A stretch of 10,463 nucleotides of DNA, taken from assembly GCA_041736305.1 (NCBI GenBank), contig JBGSTX010000348.1:1-10463 (forward strand), written 5' to 3'. Source of the DNA: Oligoflexus sp. (GTDB taxonomy: Bacteria > Bdellovibrionota_B > Oligoflexia > Oligoflexales > Oligoflexaceae). The notes under the pieces are model-generated. The model was not told where the DNA came from. It worked only from the letters and a program-made list of their open reading frames with translations, and searched no databases. Of this stretch, positions 1 through 7,062 are shown piece after piece (within the stretch, counting starts at the first letter, position 1; each line of letters starts with the position of its first letter). Made by a program: the position numbers and the translations under genes.

Positions 1-2
1 GC

Positions 3-473
3 GGCTATGTCAGCGACGGCAAACCCTGGGCAAGTCAAAGCCTCCGGGGAAAAATAAATTTTGTAGTTTATGTTGATCCCGATGACAAAGATCTCAATAA
101 TGCCCTCACTGAAAAGCTCAAAACAGAGGGTTTATCCCACGAAATCCTCGGCTCTGTGGCCATCATAAATCTCGCTGCATCCTGGAAACCTGATGCACTG
201 ATCATGACGGCTCTCCGTGAGAAGCAGAAAGAGTATCCGCACACGACCTACGTCTACGACAAAAACAGGAGTGTTGCAGCCGCTTGGAATTTACCGAAAG
301 ATGGCTTCCACGTCCTCCTTCTCGACAAAGAAGGCCGTTTGCTCTTCGAGAAGAATGGTCAATTCAGTAATCAGGACATCGATAGCTTGATCGGACTCAT
401 TCGGGCTCAGGCTAGCAAAGACAGCTCGGAAAAAGGCCAAGTGGCTAGTAAAGAATCTAAAAAGACGCTTTGA
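3..473 (+). CDS. YtfJ-family (thioredoxin-like fold) protein, 5'-truncated by the window edge
   Basis: The frame is open from position 3 (GYVSDGKPWASQSLRGKINFVVYVDPDDKDLNNAL...), so the GTG at 156 is not the real start. The pattern W.S..L.GK...V.Y / IINL...W / D....V..AW.L / LLDK.G.LLF.K.G resembles the YtfJ family as I recall it. Confidence 0.7.
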   Translation, partial: GYVSDGKPWASQSLRGKINFVVYVDPDDKDLNNALTEKLKTEGLSHEILGSVAIINLAASWKPDALIMTALREKQKEYPHTTYVYDKNRSVAAAWNLPKDGFHVLLLDKEGRLLFEKNGQFSNQDIDSLIGLIRAQASKDSSEKGQVASKESKKTL

Positions 474-488
474 TCAGGAGCTCCGCCC

Positions 489-1076
489 TTGTCACTCACA
501 TACTCAACTGACTATCATCCTGTGATGCTTCTGCCTGCCGCGTATGAAGTTCTCGACCTTACTGATGCTGATAGGTATCCCCCAAAGCCCAGCTCGCTCT
601 TTACAATCGGCCGCTACAACGAAAAGCGGCCGGGCGTGTATTCGCATGCGATCTTCGGTGGCACCCGTAACCATCATATCGGTATTGACCTCGGTGCACC
701 GGCTGGTACCCCTATTTTTGCGTTTAGTCCAGGAAAGATTTTTGCGATCGCAGATCACCTTGAGCCTGGCAATTACGGGCCCACATTGATCACCGAGCAC
801 AAGCTCGGCGGGAAGCTGGTCTTTGCGCTCTACGGCCATCTCAGCCGCAGTTCTCTGCAGGATAAGAAGGTGGGCCAGACTATTGAAGCTGGCGAGCTCA
901 TCGCTTTTCTGGGTACAGAGAGTGAGAACGGGGGATGGCCACCCCACTTGCATTTCCAGCTCAGCTATCGAGCGCCTACAGGTGGAGATATGCCTGGGGT
1001 CGTAAGTGAAGAAGAGCTCCCTGAAGCCCTCGCCCTCTATCCAGACCCCAGACTGGTGCTGGGACCTATCTACTGA
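489..1076 (+). CDS. M23-family zinc metallopeptidase (peptidoglycan DD-endopeptidase-like), stand-alone domain
   Basis: Zn motifs HxxxD (HIGID) and HxH (PPHLHFQ), plus YGHL and GTPIFA. TTG start with AGGAG at 476-480 (8-nt spacer), 15 bp after the upstream stop, so probably co-transcribed with the ytfJ-like gene. Confidence 0.9.
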   Translation: MSLTYSTDYHPVMLLPAAYEVLDLTDADRYPPKPSSLFTIGRYNEKRPGVYSHAIFGGTRNHHIGIDLGAPAGTPIFAFSPGKIFAIADHLEPGNYGPTLITEHKLGGKLVFALYGHLSRSSLQDKKVGQTIEAGELIAFLGTESENGGWPPHLHFQLSYRAPTGGDMPGVVSEEELPEALALYPDPRLVLGPIY

Positions 1077-1215
1077 TATTTTTTTTAGGACAGCAGCAAT
1101 TATCTGTATCAGCAGATGACATCAATAAAAACTTGTAGCCCTTTCTGGGCTTGCGTTTGCGCTGGATGCCGTTTAAAGCTTCATTAATCAAAGGCGGATC
1201 TTCATGATCTTAAGT

Positions 1216-1277
1216 TTGAAGCCCCTTAGACGCCTCTTATAAAAGGCTTCCCATAAGAAAGCGGGTCAGCTTACACT
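1216..1277 (+). promoter_or_regulatory. Candidate sigma70-type promoter region for the kinase-rsbQ operon
   Basis: TTGAAG(1216-1221)-N16-TATAAA(1238-1243), or TTCCCA(1248-1253)-N18-TACACT(1272-1277). Overlapped by the inverted repeat TCTTAT-N12-ATAAGA (1235-1258). Partial consensus matches only. Confidence 0.25.
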
Positions 1278-1298
1278 GTCAAGAACGGACATTAGGCT

Positions 1299-2825
1299 AT
1301 GGGTGCCAGCCTCAATATGTTTCGCAAAGATGAAATCCACCGCTTACGCGAACTTCAGTATGTTGTGAATCAGTTTGCCTTGACTGCTGTGATTGACACT
1401 TCGGGCCTCTTGATCGATGCTAATAGCTTTTTGCTGCGAATTAGTGGTTACGATGAAAAAGATATTTTTAAAAAGCCATTTCAGAGCTTATTGAGCGCAG
1501 AGTCGTCGCTTTTTTTCATGAATTCTGTACTACCTAAAATCGTGCGCGGCCTAACCTGGAAGGGTGAACTTTCGCATGTAGCACGAAACGGCTACACCTA
1601 TTGGACAGAAGCCACGATCGTTCCCATTCTGGATTCTAAGCGCGAAGTTACGCACTTCCACTTTATGGCTTGCGAGATTTCCGAGCGAAAGTCTGTCGAA
1701 CGAGCTCTTGCCAATAATTCGTACTTTTTCACCCACCTCATGGACAGGGCCCCGATTGGTTTTTTTCTGGCTAACACTGCTGGTGAGTGCACCTATATCA
1801 ATCGTGCTTGGATCGAGACCACCGGTTGCCGCCTGCGCGGAGCTCTCGCCTCGGGTTGGCTCCTAGCGATTCATCCTGACGACAGAAATCGTGTGAAAGA
1901 AGCGTGGCTCAAGCTCGTTGATGAAGGTCACGCTTTCAAACTTGAATATCGCTATCTGCGTCCCGACGGCAAAATAGTTTGGGTTTTGGCCTCAGCCGAA
2001 CGAGTTGATTTTCCTTCTGACTTGAAGACGCGCTTTATTCGTGTCGAGAAAGATTTGACCGAACGCCAGTCGAGCGAAGCACTGATCAATGAGCAGAGAG
2101 CGCAGATGGTTGCGGCCTCTAAAATGTCTTCTTTGGGAGAGATGGCCGGCGGCATTGCCCATGAGATCAACAACCCACTGGCTATTCTGCAGCTGCGCGC
2201 TCGACAGATCGTTCACCTCATGAAAGGCGGCGATGCTTCGAAAGAAGACCAGCTGCTCGTAGCGGCAGAGAACATCCGTTCCACCACGGAACGCATTGCC
2301 TCCATCATCCGCTCCCTCAAAGCCTTTGCCCGTGAAGGGCACAGTGACCCTTTCCTCCCCACTTCGGTCAAGAGTCTATTCGAGAACACCTTAGAACTCT
2401 GCGCAGCCCGCTTTAAATCCCACGGCATCGATCTGACTATCGGCTCTTTTGCCGACGATCTAGAAATCTACTGTCGCTCGGTTGAAATGTTCCAAGTGCT
2501 CATGAGCCTTCTCAACAATGCCTTCGGCGCCGTTGATAATTTAGATGACAAATGGGTCCATCTCAGCGTCTGGGATCTGGGTGAATTCGTCGAAATTTGG
2601 ATTACGGACAGTGGCCCCAAGATCCCTCTTGAGTTGCATGAGAAACTCTTTCAACCCTTCTTCACGACCAAACCCGTCGGCAGTGGAACAGGTTTAGGGC
2701 TCAGTATTGCGAAGGCCGTTGCTCTCGATCATGGCGGCGATCTTTATCTCGACACCGTCTCCGAAAATACGCGATTTGTTTGCAGAATCCCTAAAAAACC
2801 TATGGATAGTGCGGATACCTTATGA
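1299..2825 (+). CDS. Cytoplasmic PAS-PAS sensor histidine kinase (NtrB-like HisKA + HATPase_c)
   Basis: Two PAS/PAC domains (..WKGEL..ARNGYTYW..TIVP..EISERK; ..AIHPDDR..EYRYLRPDGKIVWV..DLTER). H-box LGEMAGGIAHEINNPL, N-box LLNNA, G1 DSGP, F-box FQPFFTTK, G2 GTGLGLSI. No transmembrane segment. Alternative start at ATG 1317. Confidence 0.95.
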   Translation: MGASLNMFRKDEIHRLRELQYVVNQFALTAVIDTSGLLIDANSFLLRISGYDEKDIFKKPFQSLLSAESSLFFMNSVLPKIVRGLTWKGELSHVARNGYTYWTEATIVPILDSKREVTHFHFMACEISERKSVERALANNSYFFTHLMDRAPIGFFLANTAGECTYINRAWIETTGCRLRGALASGWLLAIHPDDRNRVKEAWLKLVDEGHAFKLEYRYLRPDGKIVWVLASAERVDFPSDLKTRFIRVEKDLTERQSSEALINEQRAQMVAASKMSSLGEMAGGIAHEINNPLAILQLRARQIVHLMKGGDASKEDQLLVAAENIRSTTERIASIIRSLKAFAREGHSDPFLPTSVKSLFENTLELCAARFKSHGIDLTIGSFADDLEIYCRSVEMFQVLMSLLNNAFGAVDNLDDKWVHLSVWDLGEFVEIWITDSGPKIPLELHEKLFQPFFTTKPVGSGTGLGLSIAKAVALDHGGDLYLDTVSENTRFVCRIPKKPMDSADTL

Positions 2826-3622
2826 ATATTATCGAAAGGAACAACGTTAAGATTAGAGGCGCGGGTAAGCAAACCTTGATCTTGGCTCATGGCTACGGTT
2901 GCGACCAGAATATCTGGCAACGGATAATTCCAGAACTTGAAGAGAATTATGAACTCCTGCTCTTCGATCATGTGGGTGCCGGCCAATCCGATCTTTCACG
3001 CTACAGTCGCAGCAAATACGGCACACTTCATGGCTATGCAGATGACCTCATAGAAATCGCTCAAAGACTCGAAATCCGACCTGGCATTTTTATAGGGCAC
3101 TCGGTCAGTGCTATAATTGGTCTTCTAGCTGCTCTCAAAGCTCCGGAGCATTTCTCGAAACTGATTCTCATCGCGCCTTCCCCCTGTTACTACAACGAAG
3201 GTGACTACGAAGGAGGCTTTTCGTATCAGGACATCTGCGAGATGTTGAAAGGTATGGAAAGCAATTATGAAAGCTGGGCTCGAGCTATGGCACCGGTAAT
3301 TATGGGCACCCCCGACAAGCCCGAGCTAGGGGAAGAACTGACGAGAATATTCTGTGGAAACAAGCCGGAAATCGCCAAGCACTTTGCGCAGGTGACTTTT
3401 CTCTCTGACCATCGCCATGACGTGCAGGACTTCGATTTGCCCACGCTGATACTCCAGTGCACTGAAGATAAAATTGCTCCCGAGTCGGTAGGTCGCTTTC
3501 TCCAGCAGAGCATGCGCAAGGCCGAGCTGCACATGCTCAAGGCGCAAGGTCATTGCCCCCATGTGAGCGCCCCTATGGAGACTGCTGCCGCCATACGAAA
3601 GTATCTGAACAAGAGCTCGTAA
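2822..3622 (+). CDS. rsbQ: RsbQ-like (RsbQ/KAI2/D14 family) alpha/beta hydrolase
   Basis: Typical N-terminus RNNVKI.G.G..TL.LAHGYGCDQ..W, nucleophile elbow GHSVS, acid residue in EDKIAP and catalytic His in GHCPH; 266 aa. The start overlaps the kinase stop (ATGA 2822-2825). Confidence 0.92.
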   Translation: MNIIERNNVKIRGAGKQTLILAHGYGCDQNIWQRIIPELEENYELLLFDHVGAGQSDLSRYSRSKYGTLHGYADDLIEIAQRLEIRPGIFIGHSVSAIIGLLAALKAPEHFSKLILIAPSPCYYNEGDYEGGFSYQDICEMLKGMESNYESWARAMAPVIMGTPDKPELGEELTRIFCGNKPEIAKHFAQVTFLSDHRHDVQDFDLPTLILQCTEDKIAPESVGRFLQQSMRKAELHMLKAQGHCPHVSAPMETAAAIRKYLNKSS

Positions 3623-3830
3623 AGTAGAGATTTCAATTGACTGCAGATCAGCAGAAAAACTACGAGTGCAGCCAATTGAGTGAATGAGAAGATGCTACAT
3701 TCTATTGTGCAAAGAGCCGAACGGCTTTCTGTCACCATCAGTATTTAAGATTCACAGTCCTAAAAAGCAATCGCAAGTGCCTGGGCTGTCGGAGTAAACT
3801 TCTCATCGTGAGCAGACTTTTCGCTCAAAG

Positions 3831-3858
3831 AAGCCAAAAGCCAGAAGCCCAAAGCCAA
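3831..3858. repeat. Heptamer tandem repeat, 4 copies (consensus AAGCCAA)
   Basis: AAGCCAA/AAGCCAG/AAGCCCA/AAGCCAA starting at 3831, 3838, 3845 and 3852. Confidence 0.7.
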
Positions 3859-3876
3859 GGCAAAAAGGGCTTCGTG

Positions 3877-3900
3877 AAAGCCCTCCGTCAGGAGGGCTTT
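3877..3900. terminator. Rho-independent terminator-like hairpin, possibly bidirectional, between converging rsbQ and gdh
   Basis: Perfect 10-bp inverted repeat AAAGCCCTCC-GTCA-GGAGGGCTTT, 17 bp beyond the gdh stop. A second inverted repeat GAAGCCC...GGGCTTC (3844-3873) lies next to it. Confidence 0.75.
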
Positions 3901-3917
3901 ACAAAACCTTAAGACCT

Positions 3918-6900
3918 TCAACTAACGACCATTCTCTTCTGCAATTCAAGATCGGTGAGATTTCGTGCCGCGCTTCGCGTGAGGATAGTGTTGATCTGCT
4001 CCCGATCCTCGATCGACGAGTTGAGTACAGCCTGGACCAGCTGGCTTGCCAGCTTATCTTTCTGCATATAAATTATCAGCGCATCAAACTGCTGGGTACG
4101 GGGGAGAGCTTTGATCCAACCGAGGCCCTCTTTATAAACTACATAGCTGGCTATCGACGAAGATATAATCGCGATCTTATGCGCGTCGGGCAAGCGTTCC
4201 AGAATCCGCTCGCGATAGTTCTTCACCAGTACGGGTGGGCAATGCTGAACCACGATCTCCTGATAGAAAGGATCGGCGAGAACTTCGTTCATGTTCTCCG
4301 AGAGCCTCTCGAGCAGAATATCCGTCAGCTGATTGATTTCTTTTGAAATCATGAGCGAGAGTTCGACGAGAGTCCGGTTTTCCTCATGAGCCAGAGAGCG
4401 GAATAGGAGCTTGGCTTCGAGGTCGGCTTTCTTCCGCAGAACAGCTATGACTTCCGAAACATAAATTTCTTTGATCGCCAAAAATTCAGGGCCACTGAGC
4501 GTAAGAGAGGCTATAATCTCATAAGACGAGCAGATTACACCGGTCTTATTCGCCGAAGAATCTTTGATGATGATAACGCCTTTTTCCTGTAGGCGACGAC
4601 GTGCCTCTTCGGTGAAAAAGATGTTAGCGCCTTCGATTATGGCCCGAACGCTAGGCTGTCCAGTCTTGGTGAAGAAATCGGCCCAGTTCTTATCGTTGAC
4701 CGAATAGGGGCGGCCACCAGCAGGAATAAAAATATCGGCATAGACGCGGCGATAGACCTCGTTTCGAATCCGGATATTCTCATTGTTATTGGCTACAACC
4801 ACGAAAGCCGAAGGATCCTTGCTCAGTTTTTCCTTCGAGAACTCCATGATCGACTTCGCTTCATGTACGAGACGCAAGAGCTCTTGCCAGTCTAGGCCGC
4901 TAGGATCATGCGCCGCACCGTAGCCATCGGATACCGAGACGACGCGCGCGTTCTCACCGTATTCACGGTAAAGGATTTTTAGCTCGTTACCGGCCACATC
5001 ACCGTCCGGTCCACCCGTCATTTTAATTGTGAAAGGATCGCGCTTCGGATCTATCCCCAGGTAGGCTAGAACGTTATCAACGTAGACATTGAGGCCTTCT
5101 GAAGTAACTCCAAATTCTTTGTGATTGATCCCTTCGCCAGGTTTGGAGGACATAAAGGCAGCCGCGTAGCGATAACCCCGACGGCGGGCTTGCTCTGGTA
5201 TCCAGACGATTAGCTCATTGGTGATATTTTCATCGGGCCCGAGGTAGATAATATCGGCCTTAGGATAGTAAGAAACCACCTTGTTTTTGAGTGATTCATG
5301 CGATTCATCCTCTTCGACGAGGAGATCGAGCAGGGCGTTGATCGAACCTTTGACGGCATGATCGCGGTGGCCACCCGGCTTGAGAGCGAGAACCGCTTTG
5401 GAACCGCCTTCGGGAATATCTTTGTTCTTAAGCTGCTGGGCCAGCGATAGACCGTAGACCTCATCGAAGAGGCCAGCCAGAGCCATATCGTAATCGGCGT
5501 CTGAGCGAGGCATCACCACGCGAATACCGCCTCGGGCAATGTCTTTCCAACGAACCTGGAAGAAGCGGAAGTCCTTGCCGATAGCGTAGAAAATCGAAAA
5601 GGGTGCGTTTGGGTAATACTTCTTATCGAGAACGTCGGGCGATATCCGAAAAGCCAAGCCGGTCTTGGTCGAGATGAAGTAGTTAGTCTTCTGGCAGTGC
5701 GCGATAAAGTTGAGACACTCTTTGAAGATATTGCGATCGACTTCTTCGATGATGTCGTCGATTCTATCGTTGATGTCGTTTTCGGTAGCGCTGAAAAGCT
5801 GTTCCCAGTTCTCCCGCGCCTGCGGATCGAACTTAGCGCGAAAGAGCTTCACGAGCAGGGCTAGAAGTTCGCTGTTTTGATTGAAGGTGTTATTGATTTT
5901 ATAGAGGGTATAAGCATAGGGATTCTGCTTGCTGAGAAAAATATGGCACCAGTTGGCCATCGCCCGCAAGAGGTTGGTGGCGTTGATCGAGAGATCGAAG
6001 GGCGACTCGCTGAAGCGCGAGAAATCATCGTAGTCGACCCAGCCGAGCGTCCGCAGGGCTTTAGTCACCTGTATCATCGGCACCATTTCCGAGGTGACCT
6101 TGGCCCCAGAGCCGTGCGAAAGGATGAAGTGTAGAACTGTAATCGGCTCGGAATAAGCTTCTTCGAACTTCACCATGAACGCGCGACCGACGTTGAAATC
6201 GTAGCGGTGAATCAGTTTCAGAATCGGCTCGAGCATGTTCGCCGGCTGGATCGTCTTGATACCAAGCGTGAGACGAGCGCTGGTCGAATTATCGATGGGT
6301 TCGAGTATGGTATGAGCACCCTGATGCTCGACCATGTACTTGACCATGCGGTAGGTGACCGACAGACGCTGCGTGGTCCCGTAGGTCACAAACTCATTAT
6401 CTAAGTGACTGATGTAGCGGTCGATATCCTCGGACCGCTCGACGCCGAACTCTTCTATCATCTGTTGGCGCGAATATTCGATCTTATCGTTGATGTGCTT
6501 ATTGCTACGATCGAGAGGCTGAAACTTGCTGCAGAGGAAAGTGGAGAGAAATAGCAGTTTATCCCGCGAGAAATAGACCGCACCCATCTTAAGGTCGTTG
6601 CCTTTGATACGGGCCGCCATGTCGGTGAGAATCTTTCTGTCACCGCCTGGGCCGATATAGGTAACCTTCGAACGGTCGCGATCCCAGAGCTCAACCGTCT
6701 GCTTCGTCTCAAAGACGTGTCCGGTGATGATGGAGGAGAGGTGACGAACCTTCTCCTGTCGCGGCGTCGTCTGATAGTAGATGGGCGGCATGGCGTTGAA
6801 GAACCATGGAGTCAGTATCGATATACTGTGGTCCAGCCCGATGCGCACCGTTTCAGCGATATCTTCGATATAATGATCGAGCTGTTCTCCAGACATTTCT

Positions 6901-6995
6901 CTGACGAATGAAGGAGCTTCTTGCGAATCCTGAAAATCGAGTCCCAGGTCGCTGCCTCCCTCTTGCATACGTTTCTTCATCTTTTCCTGCTTCAT
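3918..6995 (-). CDS. gdh: Large NAD-specific glutamate dehydrogenase (~115-kDa, fungal Gdh2-like class)
   Basis: Motifs DIARGGIRVV, AQQLKNKDIPEGGSK, YLGPDEN, GINHKEFGVTSEG, TGGPDGDVAGN, IEGANIF and KDSSANKTGVICSSYE. The ORF track starts at GTG 7013, but ATG 6995 has an AGGA/GGGG SD directly upstream and is preferred (1025 aa). Confidence 0.93.
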   Translation of the reverse strand: MKQEKMKKRMQEGGSDLGLDFQDSQEAPSFVREMSGEQLDHYIEDIAETVRIGLDHSISILTPWFFNAMPPIYYQTTPRQEKVRHLSSIITGHVFETKQTVELWDRDRSKVTYIGPGGDRKILTDMAARIKGNDLKMGAVYFSRDKLLFLSTFLCSKFQPLDRSNKHINDKIEYSRQQMIEEFGVERSEDIDRYISHLDNEFVTYGTTQRLSVTYRMVKYMVEHQGAHTILEPIDNSTSARLTLGIKTIQPANMLEPILKLIHRYDFNVGRAFMVKFEEAYSEPITVLHFILSHGSGAKVTSEMVPMIQVTKALRTLGWVDYDDFSRFSESPFDLSINATNLLRAMANWCHIFLSKQNPYAYTLYKINNTFNQNSELLALLVKLFRAKFDPQARENWEQLFSATENDINDRIDDIIEEVDRNIFKECLNFIAHCQKTNYFISTKTGLAFRISPDVLDKKYYPNAPFSIFYAIGKDFRFFQVRWKDIARGGIRVVMPRSDADYDMALAGLFDEVYGLSLAQQLKNKDIPEGGSKAVLALKPGGHRDHAVKGSINALLDLLVEEDESHESLKNKVVSYYPKADIIYLGPDENITNELIVWIPEQARRRGYRYAAAFMSSKPGEGINHKEFGVTSEGLNVYVDNVLAYLGIDPKRDPFTIKMTGGPDGDVAGNELKILYREYGENARVVSVSDGYGAAHDPSGLDWQELLRLVHEAKSIMEFSKEKLSKDPSAFVVVANNNENIRIRNEVYRRVYADIFIPAGGRPYSVNDKNWADFFTKTGQPSVRAIIEGANIFFTEEARRRLQEKGVIIIKDSSANKTGVICSSYEIIASLTLSGPEFLAIKEIYVSEVIAVLRKKADLEAKLLFRSLAHEENRTLVELSLMISKEINQLTDILLERLSENMNEVLADPFYQEIVVQHCPPVLVKNYRERILERLPDAHKIAIISSSIASYVVYKEGLGWIKALPRTQQFDALIIYMQKDKLASQLVQAVLNSSIEDREQINTILTRSAARNLTDLELQKRMVVS

Positions 6996-7013
6996 ATCCC
7001 CGGTCCTATTCAC

Positions 7014-7042
7014 AAGCTAGTAAGTGACTCAACGCGTGTAAA
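7014..7042 (-). promoter_or_regulatory. Putative sigma70 promoter for gdh
   Basis: On the minus strand, TTTACA (7042-7037)-N17-TAGCTT (7019-7014) in the short ligase-gdh gap. It would start transcription near 7007, consistent with the ATG at 6995. Confidence 0.4.
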
Positions 7043-7062
7043 GACAAGAACGAGACTCTCTT

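Noticed and set aside
1079..1766. T homopolymers (T8 at 1079-1086; T7 at 1510 and 1760) as phase-variation tracts or a terminator
   Set aside because: The tracts are short and the kinase frame is intact. T8 lacks an adjacent strong stem.
504..3738. Short alternative-frame and antisense ORFs over the M23, kinase and rsbQ genes (e.g. 504-953, 1992-2342, 3265-3540)
   Set aside because: They largely overlap well-supported genes and have no recognisable motifs; shadow ORFs.
3623..3917. CRISPR array, IS end or tRNA in the repeat-containing intergenic region
   Set aside because: No regularly spaced 23-47-bp repeats, terminal inverted repeats, transposase or cloverleaf.
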